DNA of 32,000 bases, from NCBI RefSeq assembly GCF_000007225.1, contig NC_003364.1, forward strand, positions 120,001-152,000. Reading direction: 5' to 3'. Within the stretch, counting starts at the first letter, position 1. Every line of letters begins with the position of its first letter. Below the pieces are notes generated by a model. The model was not told the DNA's origin, ran no database searches, and saw nothing but the letters and a program-made list of their open reading frames with translations. Made by a program: the position numbers and the translations under genes. Shown here one piece after another: positions 8,936-16,785 of the stretch. Source of the stretch: Pyrobaculum aerophilum str. IM2. GTDB taxonomy: Archaea > Thermoproteota > Thermoprotei > Thermoproteales > Thermoproteaceae.

Positions 8936-9112
8936 ATGAAATGCCCCTACTGCGGCTCGGAAAACGTGGAGGCTGTCAAGAGCTGGGAGATGCCGAAGAT
9001 GGGCTTCAATGTAACTCACTACCGTTGCAAAAGCTGCAGCGGCTTGTTCAACCACTACGTCGGGAGGGGCAAGGAGTTCGTGTTGAGGGTGGGGCTGAGA
9101 CGTAGGGGCTGA
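8936..9112 (+). CDS. Zinc-ribbon miniprotein (58 aa, CxxC...CxxC)
   Basis: MKCPYCGSENVEAVKSWEMPKMGFNVTHYRCKSCSGLFNHYVG... has two CxxC pairs. A TATA-like ATATAAAT at about 8909..8916 lies 20-27 nt upstream of ATG 8936. The track's longer 8879 start overlaps the upstream gene and precedes the TATA. A T6 tract follows at 9325..9330. Confidence 0.6.
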   Translation: MKCPYCGSENVEAVKSWEMPKMGFNVTHYRCKSCSGLFNHYVGRGKEFVLRVGLRRRG

Positions 9113-9406
9113 GTCCGCGGTGTTAAGGAGCTGAATAGTAATATGAAAAATTTCTATTTAAACTCCAGCTGGCAGTTTATACGTGAGGAGCGGCCTTCCT
9201 CGTATTGTCAATCGGGATAATTCGGCTACAGCCATTCCGGCACGCTTGCATATAACCGGAAGCAGTATATCAGTAAGGCGAGGCTCGGCCGTGGAGGGCG
9301 CAACAGGTGGTCTTAAGGGATTTTTTCTTAACATGAAGAGGCTATTCACCGTTCCCCTAGACACCTCGCGGGAGCTCTACATAAGGGATTACAGTCGGCT
9401 GAGGCC

Positions 9407-12400
9407 ATGACCCAGGTCGGCATACCCCAGATAGATCTTGACGACGTTTTGCTGTGTATAAGAAGAGCCGTCCAAATGGCCCGTAGCGAGGAGGACGTGA
9501 GGGTGAGGGTCTCCTCGTGTATAGAAGAGAAGATTTTGAAGCCGCTTGGCCTTGAACACGCCGTTGGTAGGTACGAGTATACGCTTGTTTCTGGGGCTAG
9601 GGTAGACGCGCTTTACGGACACGTGATCATCGAATACAAGGCGCCTGGCAAACTGTCCTCAGCCAGCGACGTCGCCAAGGCCAAGGAGCAAGTGGTGAGA
9701 TATATCATGGGTGAGGCTGGGAGCAAGTCTGAGTGGCCGCGGTATCTCGGCGTGATAATAAGCGACAGAATCGCCTTTGTGAAATACGATCCGCAAAGCG
9801 GCACTTGGATACTAAGAGGGCCTTACGACATCCGGCGCGAGGTGGTGATAAAGCTGATAGAGGCTCTGAGAGGCCTCAGGAGGAAAAACCTCGACGTAAA
9901 CAACCTAGTCAAAGACTTCGGCCCCAACTCGCCAATAGCAATGAAAACTATCAAGCTTCTGTACCGCAAACTTACAAGTAGCAACAACCCCAGGGTCAAG
10001 GTGCTCTTCGACGACTGGATGAGACTTTTCAAACAAGCCACTGGCTACAACCCAGAGGAGCTGGAGGAGTTGCCCAAGCTGGCCGAGGAATATGGGCTGA
10101 CGGGCGGGGTGAACTACGATGCGTTGCTATTCGCAATACACACCTACTACGCTCTGATAATGAAGCTGATCGCCGCCGAGATAGCTTACCTGTACGGCGG
10201 CGGGAAGTTCTACAGATCCTACGTGGCGGAGCTTGACGACGCGTACTCCAGGGAGGGGGTTGAGGGCATTAGGCAGGTTTTGAGAGATCTTGAGAGCGGC
10301 GGCGTGTTTAGAAATTTACTAAATATTGAGAATTTCCTCGAGGGGGACTACTTCTCGTGGTACCTCGACGAGCTAGATAAAGAACTTGCCGATGCAGTTG
10401 CCGAAATTGCCAGGAGGCTATCCGACTACGAGGTGGCGGCGCCTCAGCTAGAGCCCGAGTTCGCCCGCGACTTACTGAAGAGACTATACCAAAACCTCGT
10501 GCCTGGGGAGATACGGCACAAGCTGGGCGAGTACTACACGCCTGATTGGCTGGCCGAGCTGGTGCTAGACGAGGTGGGGCTGAGCCTAAAAAATTTGCTT
10601 AAAATGGGCGAGGAGGATCCCCTTAAGCCGTTGAAAATAAGGGTACTAGACCCGGCGTGCGGCTCCGGCACCTTCTTAATGCTTTACATAAGTAGGCTTA
10701 GGAGATACGCCGAGGAGCACTATATGACAGATCAGCTCCTGAGCTATGTGTTGGAGAACGTCGTCGGCTACGACCTCAACCCCTTGGCCGTGCTGACTGC
10801 TAGGACAAACTACCTCTTGGCGGTAGCGGATCTGCTCAGCTATGCGAAGGGAAGAGTTGAGATACCGATATACCTAGCCGACTCTATTATGATTGAAAGA
10901 AACTCGCACTTAGCCGGCGACGTGTACTTACTTAGATCTGTCGTCGGCGAGTTCCAAATACCAAGAAGCGTGGTGGAGAAAGGATTGTTGCCCGAAGTAT
11001 TATCAGAGGTGGCTCAAGCGCTGAGAAATAGGTACACCCCCAAGGACTTCGCGGAGAGGGTGAGGTATAGATTCAAGGAGCTGGATCAAGGCGACGTCAA
11101 TATACTAAAAGGACTCTACGAGAAGTTGTATAAGCTCGAAGAGGAGGGGAAAGACGCTGTGTGGATCTCAGTCTTGAGAAACGCCTTCGCGCCTGTCCTC
11201 AAAGGCAAATTCGACTACGTAGTTGGAAATCCGCCATGGGTAAACTGGGAGAACCTACCAGAAAGCTATAGGAATGTAAGTAGGGATCTATGGGCTAAGT
11301 ATGGACTCGCCGAGATCAAAGGCAAGACGGGATTAGGCAAGGTTAAAAGAGATTTGGCAATGCTCTTCGTAGCAAGAAGCTTCGATCTGTACCTCAGGGA
11401 GGGGGGCAAGCTGGGATTCCTAGTACCATTTACAGTATTTAAAATGCAGGCTGGTGCGGGCTTTAGAGATTTCCTAGCTAGGAAGACCCGTATACATGTT
11501 ATCCATGACCTGGTAACTCTATTTCCATTTGAAGGGGCAACAAATAGGACGGCGGCAATAGTTATCGAAAAGGTTTGTAGCCTATCCGATACCGGAGGCA
11601 AATGCACACAGATGATAGAGACTTTTAAGAATAATATCAATGGAGTGAGACATGTAATATGGGTTAATACGTCAAGAAGAGCTATACCAACAGACATGCC
11701 ATTAGAGGAGGTGCTAAAGAGGACAAGGAGATACGAGGCTGTAATGGCCCCGATGATGCCAAACGACCCCTCCAGCCCGTGGATGCAAGCAACGCCATCG
11801 GTAATCAAGCTGATAAGAAAATTGACAAGCGGAAATCAGTACTACGAGGCTCACGAGGGGGTTAACACGGCGTTGAACCAAGTATACTTTGTAAAGATAC
11901 TTGAAAAGCTCCCTAACGGCATGTTAAAGATAACCAACCCTCCCGAGCCGGGTCAAAAGAAGAAGGTTAAACAGGTAGATGCTGTAGTAGAGCCAGATCT
12001 GATTTACCCACTAATAAGAGGGAGAGATGTGAAGAAATGGTATGTGGGATTTGAAGATAGGTATATTATTCTTCCTATAGATTCGCGAGGCGATCCTATT
12101 AGTCACGATAAAATGAAAACTAAATATCCAAATACCTACGACTACTTCTTCAGATTTTTTAAAGAACTTATAAGTAGGAGTGGTGAACCATATAAATCTA
12201 AGCTAGAACCTTATAGAAAGCTACCTTTTGAAAAAGCTGAAAAAATTGCGCCCCCCTTCTATTGGATATTTAACGTAGTTCCTAGTCTAGCGCCTTACAA
12301 AGTTATCTGGAAATCAATTGCTGGTGCTATTACTGGGAAGGCTGTTGATTTTGCCTGCGCCGTTGTGGGGCCTTTTACGGATAAATTCCTCGGTTCTAAA

Positions 12401-13126
12401 ATTGCTATACCTGAGCATAGCACAATTTTCATAGGGTTTGATAACGCTGATGAGGCTTATTATGTTGCTGGCGTCCTCAACTCAACGCCTGTAAAGACCG
12501 TAATCGCGTCGTATACCTATGAACTTAGACAAGAAACACACATAGTAGACAACGTTAAAATCCCCAAGTACGATCCAGAGAACGAGTTGCATAAGAAGAT
12601 AGCTGAACTCTCCAAGAGGGCTCACGACCTTGCCAAAGAGATACACGAGGAGAACAGGAGAAATCTTGAGACTGAGCTTAGGAAGGTTGAGGAGGAGTTG
12701 GATATCGTTGTTGCTAAGCTGTTTGGTATGGGCGAGGCTGAGCTTAGGGAGTTTAAGAAGTTGTTAGCTATTCTTTCTGGTAGTGAGTATTCTGAAGAGG
12801 AAGAGGAAGTTGCTGTACCGGAGAAACCTACTGTTCACGTTCTGAATACTTCTCTGCAACCTGGCGTTGAATCATATATAGAAGTTGACGTGGTAAACCC
12901 CTCAGGTGAGGAGCTGGTGTTTACCTACGAGCTGCCTTGGGGCAAGGGCTCTTTCAGTATAATTACCGGGAGGTACCGCATACCTACGCCGCCTTTGAAG
13001 CCCGGCAGATACAGTGGCGTTCTTAAGTGGAGGTGGCGGGGGGAGGAGCACTCTGTTGACATCGTCGTGGAGGTGGCGCAGCCGGAGGGGCCGAGGAGGA
13101 GGAGCACGCTTTTCGGCTCCAGATGA
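9407..13126 (+). CDS. Type IIG/IIL-like (MmeI-style) fused restriction-modification protein: N-terminal PD-(D/E)xK nuclease motif, gamma-class N6-adenine DNA methyltransferase, TaqI_C-like target-recognition region, and an extra C-terminal beta-rich domain
   Basis: The nuclease-like motif is D67-x8-E76-x-K78 (ARVDALYGHVIIEYKAPGKL...AKEQVVRYI; D at 9605..9607, ExK at 9632..9640). The pre-motif is GEYYTPDWLAELV. SAM motif I is VLDPACGSGTFL (10643..10678) and motif IV is NPPW (11228..11239). The TRD-like part contains EAHEGVNTALNQVYFV and LIYPLIRGRDVKKWYV. The canonical C-terminal helix is VVAKLFGMGEAELREFKKLL. It is followed by an acidic linker (EEEEE) and a ~110-aa beta-rich tail. Confidence 0.85.
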   Translation: MTQVGIPQIDLDDVLLCIRRAVQMARSEEDVRVRVSSCIEEKILKPLGLEHAVGRYEYTLVSGARVDALYGHVIIEYKAPGKLSSASDVAKAKEQVVRYIMGEAGSKSEWPRYLGVIISDRIAFVKYDPQSGTWILRGPYDIRREVVIKLIEALRGLRRKNLDVNNLVKDFGPNSPIAMKTIKLLYRKLTSSNNPRVKVLFDDWMRLFKQATGYNPEELEELPKLAEEYGLTGGVNYDALLFAIHTYYALIMKLIAAEIAYLYGGGKFYRSYVAELDDAYSREGVEGIRQVLRDLESGGVFRNLLNIENFLEGDYFSWYLDELDKELADAVAEIARRLSDYEVAAPQLEPEFARDLLKRLYQNLVPGEIRHKLGEYYTPDWLAELVLDEVGLSLKNLLKMGEEDPLKPLKIRVLDPACGSGTFLMLYISRLRRYAEEHYMTDQLLSYVLENVVGYDLNPLAVLTARTNYLLAVADLLSYAKGRVEIPIYLADSIMIERNSHLAGDVYLLRSVVGEFQIPRSVVEKGLLPEVLSEVAQALRNRYTPKDFAERVRYRFKELDQGDVNILKGLYEKLYKLEEEGKDAVWISVLRNAFAPVLKGKFDYVVGNPPWVNWENLPESYRNVSRDLWAKYGLAEIKGKTGLGKVKRDLAMLFVARSFDLYLREGGKLGFLVPFTVFKMQAGAGFRDFLARKTRIHVIHDLVTLFPFEGATNRTAAIVIEKVCSLSDTGGKCTQMIETFKNNINGVRHVIWVNTSRRAIPTDMPLEEVLKRTRRYEAVMAPMMPNDPSSPWMQATPSVIKLIRKLTSGNQYYEAHEGVNTALNQVYFVKILEKLPNGMLKITNPPEPGQKKKVKQVDAVVEPDLIYPLIRGRDVKKWYVGFEDRYIILPIDSRGDPISHDKMKTKYPNTYDYFFRFFKELISRSGEPYKSKLEPYRKLPFEKAEKIAPPFYWIFNVVPSLAPYKVIWKSIAGAITGKAVDFACAVVGPFTDKFLGSKIAIPEHSTIFIGFDNADEAYYVAGVLNSTPVKTVIASYTYELRQETHIVDNVKIPKYDPENELHKKIAELSKRAHDLAKEIHEENRRNLETELRKVEEELDIVVAKLFGMGEAELREFKKLLAILSGSEYSEEEEEVAVPEKPTVHVLNTSLQPGVESYIEVDVVNPSGEELVFTYELPWGKGSFSIITGRYRIPTPPLKPGRYSGVLKWRWRGEEHSVDIVVEVAQPEGPRRRSTLFGSR

Positions 13127-14535
13127 GCGAGCTGAATAACAAGGTGAAGAGGTGCTTCGGCGACTACGCCGTGGATAAGAGGCTCGCCTACGAGCTGGAG
13201 TTGGCTAAGCTGCCTAGATACGTGGCGGAGTTTCTAATCTCGGAGTTCATGACGCTGGGCGGGGACTGGGAGGGCAAGCTGAGGAGCTTTATTAGGGAGC
13301 GCTACTACGAGCCTGAGGAGAAAGAGGTCGTTAAGCACAAGCTTGTGACTGAGGGCGTGGTTGAGCTTATCGACGAGCTTAGGGTCTACGTAGATGTGGA
13401 GACGGGGGCTCACATAGGGGTCATACACGCCCTTGACATATGGGCTGAGGTGCCTGTGGACATCGTCGAGAGGAACAGGGCGACGCTGACAACCGGCATG
13501 TGGGGCTTGATAACTCTACAGCGGTGGGAGGGGGTCAGAGAGATTTTGGGGAGGCCCGTGTCCGTCGTCGTGACAGACTTCAAGCCCTTCCAAGCGCCGG
13601 ATACAGACCCCAAGATCCTGGAGGAGGGGAGGGGGTGTTTCACGCTGGAGGAGTGGGTGGAGGTTTTGATAAACACCATAGGCCTTGACCCCGCCGTCTA
13701 CAGCCCCCGGCAGAGGCTCCTCCTCCTCGCCCGCCTAGTCTCCCTAGTAGAGGGGAATGTAAACATGGCTGAGTTTGGGCCTAGGCAGACCGGCAAGACG
13801 TACCTCTATAGAAACGTGAGCAACTACGTGAGGATAATCTCAGGGGGCGTCATATCCCCAGCCGCCTTGTTCTACAATCTGAGGACTAAAGTGCCGGGCG
13901 AGCTGGCCCTCAAGGACGCGGTGGTTTTCGACGAGGTGAGCAAGGTGAGGTTTCCCAACCCCGACGAGATGATGGGCAAGCTTAAGGACTACATGGAGAG
14001 CGGCCACTATGAGAGGGGGGACAAAAAGGTGGTGTCCGACGCCTCTCTGGTCTTTATGGGCAACGTGTCGGTTGAGCTGACTTCCGAGGGCTATGTACCG
14101 GTGGAGGACTTGACCTACGTCTTGCCGGAGCCCATGAGGGACTCCGCGTTTATTGACAGGATACACGGCCTTCTTCCAGGCTGGGAGCTTCCGAAAATAT
14201 CTCAGAGCAAATACCACCTGTCTAAGGGCTACGGCGTGGCATCCGACTACTTCGCCGAGGCGTTGCACGGCATGAGGAAGGAGAGCTTGTCGGGGCTTGT
14301 GGGAAGGCACGTGGAGCTTTCTGAAAACTTCAAGATTAGGGATGAGAAGAGCTTTAAGAGAATTACCAGTGGCTTGTTGAAGCTCCTATTCCCCGACAAG
14401 ACTTTTGACAAGAAGGAGCTCAAAACCATCGCGGAGTTCGCGCTGGAGTTGAGGCAGAGGGTCAGAGATTGGCTACACAAGATCGCACCGGGGGAGTTCC
14501 CACGCGAAGTCCTCAGCGTAAGAGTTCTGCCATAG
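13123..14535 (+). CDS. BrxL-like AAA+ ATPase (COG4930 / PF13337 / TIGR02688-like) without a Lon protease domain
   Basis: 470-aa ORF whose ATG overlaps the upstream stop (ATGA at 13123..13126). The N-terminus (FGDYAVDKRLAYELELAKLPRYVAEFLISEF...YYEPEEKEVVKHKL...VELIDELRV) and DSAFIDRIHGLLPGWELPK match my memory of the BrxL ATPase family. Walker A is GPRQTGKT (13777..13800). Walker B is AVVFDEV (D/E at 13930..13935). Sensor-1-like is LVFMGN. The protein ends about 90 aa after the ATPase core, so there is no protease domain. Confidence 0.7.
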   Translation: MSELNNKVKRCFGDYAVDKRLAYELELAKLPRYVAEFLISEFMTLGGDWEGKLRSFIRERYYEPEEKEVVKHKLVTEGVVELIDELRVYVDVETGAHIGVIHALDIWAEVPVDIVERNRATLTTGMWGLITLQRWEGVREILGRPVSVVVTDFKPFQAPDTDPKILEEGRGCFTLEEWVEVLINTIGLDPAVYSPRQRLLLLARLVSLVEGNVNMAEFGPRQTGKTYLYRNVSNYVRIISGGVISPAALFYNLRTKVPGELALKDAVVFDEVSKVRFPNPDEMMGKLKDYMESGHYERGDKKVVSDASLVFMGNVSVELTSEGYVPVEDLTYVLPEPMRDSAFIDRIHGLLPGWELPKISQSKYHLSKGYGVASDYFAEALHGMRKESLSGLVGRHVELSENFKIRDEKSFKRITSGLLKLLFPDKTFDKKELKTIAEFALELRQRVRDWLHKIAPGEFPREVLSVRVLP

Positions 14536-14787
14536 CCATTCTCCACAGTCACGGATATCCCCCGTTCCACATTTGAGTGGCTATTGCCGAGACATGTACC
14601 TGTGTTGCAGATCGGCGTAATACTTAACTTCACGCCGAAAGTGACTTCTTAAAGATTCTCGAAGAGTAGGTAAGACCGCCCGTTGAGAACTTCCGAGGAC
14701 ATCGTAAAAGGCTGGCGTAGTTATATTTCCTAAGTGATATAATCTATGGTTCGTTTTCTTCATTAATACCTAGGCGTATTTCCCTTA

Positions 14788-15093
14788 GTGAAAGTAAGAT
14801 TGGTGGACAGGATAGGTGAAGTTGGTCTGTACGAGGTCTCGGCCGATTTGGCGTGGAGTGATTATCTGTATGTTGTGTTCAAGGCTAGGCGCGAAGTGGG
14901 AACTGCGATCACCAAGATCATATACTCAGATGGGAAGTGGTTACTGCCGTTGCCGACAGTTGCCGAGGACGTGGAGCTAATCTACGTGGGACCTGTGGAA
15001 GGTCTGAGGTGGGAGAGTTCTGAAGGCCAACACGCCGGTTCTGAAGGCGTAGCTCTTGGCAATGGCGACGCCGTTGGGGGCTATTCTCAGTAG
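14788..15093 (+). CDS. Hypothetical small protein (uncertain)
   Basis: GTG-start ORF. The first ~63 codons lie in the convergent intergenic gap and read protein-like (KVRLVDRIGEVGLYEVSADLAWSDYLYVVFKARREVGTAITKIIYSDGKWLLPLP). A TATA-like ATTAATA lies about 20-29 nt upstream. The last ~39 codons overlap the herA 3' end on the opposite strand, which weakens the call. Confidence 0.3.
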   Translation: MKVRLVDRIGEVGLYEVSADLAWSDYLYVVFKARREVGTAITKIIYSDGKWLLPLPTVAEDVELIYVGPVEGLRWESSEGQHAGSEGVALGNGDAVGGYSQ

Positions 15094-16785
15094 CTGGCTG
15101 TACTCTCTTAGGCCGAAGCTCTCCAATACGGTTTCATCGCTTCTGAATACTACTTTTGTGTTAGACAGCTGGGTCACTAGGGGGTTTAGGTCTTCCGGCA
15201 TGTGGGTTGCAAACGCCACTCCTACGCGGCGCACTCTTCCCAAGCGCGTCAGTTTGTTTATCATATCCTCTACCGCCTCTTTGCTTACGTTTTCGCCTCT
15301 CTCTGTCTGGGGGAAGTACTCGTGCGCCTCGTCTACCAGCACCAGCATTGGCTTGGGCGTGCCTGTTCTCAGCTCCCTGTCCTTTATCTCCATAAGCTTT
15401 CTCAACAGCCTATACACCACGATTGAGGCCGCAGTCGGTTTTTCCATAAAGAGCTCTAAGTATACAACTGCCGGGTTTTCAAATACCGTGTCGTAGTTAG
15501 GCTCTCCTATCTTGATGCAAGGCTTATTTGTTTTGCTTAGACACCACTCCACGTCGAGTATGTCGGTGCCCTTCAACATAAAAAAGCCGCGTATGATGCT
15601 CTCTATTTGCGAGGAATGTAATTTTAACTTCTCTTTTATTTGTCCTTCAAGCTTATTTATCTTCTCTACAGCAACACGTATCGTTAAGTTGTTTGGATCG
15701 CCTTCGCCAATCTTTTCTACTAGAAGCGAAGCTATGTCTTTGTATAGCAGTGCTATTCTTTGCGTGCCAAAGAATGGGAAGAGGGATGGGACGTCGAATA
15801 TGACGTCTCTTAGGTTTAAGGCCCATGTCACAACATCAATCTCCGCATTGGACAGATACACGGTGAAGCCCTTTACATATCCCACGCCATTTTTCTCCTC
15901 TGCCTCAGGCACCACATCGCCGGAGATGCCGGCTCGTCTTAAGAAGAGTTGCCCTAGGCCGTAGGACACGGCCTCTGCGAAGAGCTTCGGGTCATTAATT
16001 ACAGAGAGATCGCCTTCCTGCTCGATCTTTTCCAGATATTCGTTTGCGTATCTGATGAGCTCTTTGTTTTCTCTAAAGAGGAAGCTCTGGGTTACTGGCC
16101 ATATTATAGTAAGCTTGTCGAGTGGCTTGTAAATTGAGTCTGGCGCCGGGTAAACTAGGTGTATGAAGTCCCCCTGGATGTCGAAGGCGAGCGGTATCAC
16201 GCCGAGGTCCCAATACGCAGAAATGGCCAAGTTTTTGAGAAACGTGGTCTTGCCGGCGCCGGTGGTGCCCACCACTAGCATGTGGGTGAAGAGGGCTTCT
16301 TTGGGCAGCCTCACATATATGTCTAGCTCTTTGCTTACGTAAAGCTTGCCCAACAACGCCCCGTGCTGAGGTATGCCGAGCATAATTGCTATGACTTCGG
16401 GAGAGGGCGCATAGACCGCGCTTGTGGGGTCTACAGGCGACGCCGGCTGGGTGGGGTCGCAGTTCTCCAAGCTCGGACACTCGGCAATTGGCTCAAGCTC
16501 CAGGAGCGCCGGGGTGGTGAGGCCTTGGGGATCGTTGATGTATGTATCCATCGGCTCTATACCTAACAAGGCAACAAGGTGTCTTCTCTGAATTGACGTA
16601 ATCCGCGCAAGAATAAGCGATTTGTGAACCGCTGTTTCTATGAGGAGGAGCTCGCCGACCTTTAGCAACCTAGATTTATATACATCAAATGGGATTTCCA
16701 CCAATATTTTATGCTGTGGGCCGACGGCTATCACCTCGCTTGCCGAGACGATGCCTATTTTTTCACCGAGTTTTTCACCGAGCAT
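14977..16785 (-). CDS. herA: HerA-type FtsK/HerA-superfamily ATPase (HAS-barrel plus P-loop)
   Basis: 602-aa ORF. The N-terminal HAS-barrel-like region is GIVSASEVIAVGPQHKILVEIPF...VGELLLIE...LARITSIQRR. Walker A is GTTGAGKTT (16243..16269). Walker B is PMLVLVDEAHEYFP, with a downstream RLGRVRRVGVAFATH. Its start overlaps the nurA stop by 11 nt. Confidence 0.85.
   Translation of the reverse strand: MLGEKLGEKIGIVSASEVIAVGPQHKILVEIPFDVYKSRLLKVGELLLIETAVHKSLILARITSIQRRHLVALLGIEPMDTYINDPQGLTTPALLELEPIAECPSLENCDPTQPASPVDPTSAVYAPSPEVIAIMLGIPQHGALLGKLYVSKELDIYVRLPKEALFTHMLVVGTTGAGKTTFLKNLAISAYWDLGVIPLAFDIQGDFIHLVYPAPDSIYKPLDKLTIIWPVTQSFLFRENKELIRYANEYLEKIEQEGDLSVINDPKLFAEAVSYGLGQLFLRRAGISGDVVPEAEEKNGVGYVKGFTVYLSNAEIDVVTWALNLRDVIFDVPSLFPFFGTQRIALLYKDIASLLVEKIGEGDPNNLTIRVAVEKINKLEGQIKEKLKLHSSQIESIIRGFFMLKGTDILDVEWCLSKTNKPCIKIGEPNYDTVFENPAVVYLELFMEKPTAASIVVYRLLRKLMEIKDRELRTGTPKPMLVLVDEAHEYFPQTERGENVSKEAVEDMINKLTRLGRVRRVGVAFATHMPEDLNPLVTQLSNTKVVFRSDETVLESFGLREYSQLLRIAPNGVAIAKSYAFRTGVLAFRTLPPQTFHRSHVD

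Noticed and set aside
9183-9410. 75-aa GTG-start ORF whose TGA overlaps the methyltransferase ATG (ATGA), a possible upstream or controller peptide
   Set aside because: Its composition is Arg/Ser/Gly-rich and not protein-like, and it has no TATA at the right distance. A T6 tract (9325..9330) lies inside it and looks like the terminator of the zinc-ribbon gene. The ATGA overlap alone is not enough.
11266-11808. 180-aa minus-strand ORF inside the methyltransferase gene
   Set aside because: It is antisense to the region encoding the NPPW motif and flanking conserved blocks. No promoter or motif is present.
9407-14535. Calling the locus a BREX system
   Set aside because: PglX-like and BrxL-like parts are present, but PglZ and BrxC/PglY, which define all described BREX types, are absent from the island. 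In addition, the methyltransferase carries an MmeI-type nuclease motif that BREX PglX lacks.
14581-14763. 60-aa minus-strand ORF in the convergence gap
   Set aside because: No TATA-like box lies at -25 (the AT-rich box abuts the ATG). Composition is unremarkable and no motif is present. It is kept only as a mention within the convergence-zone finding.
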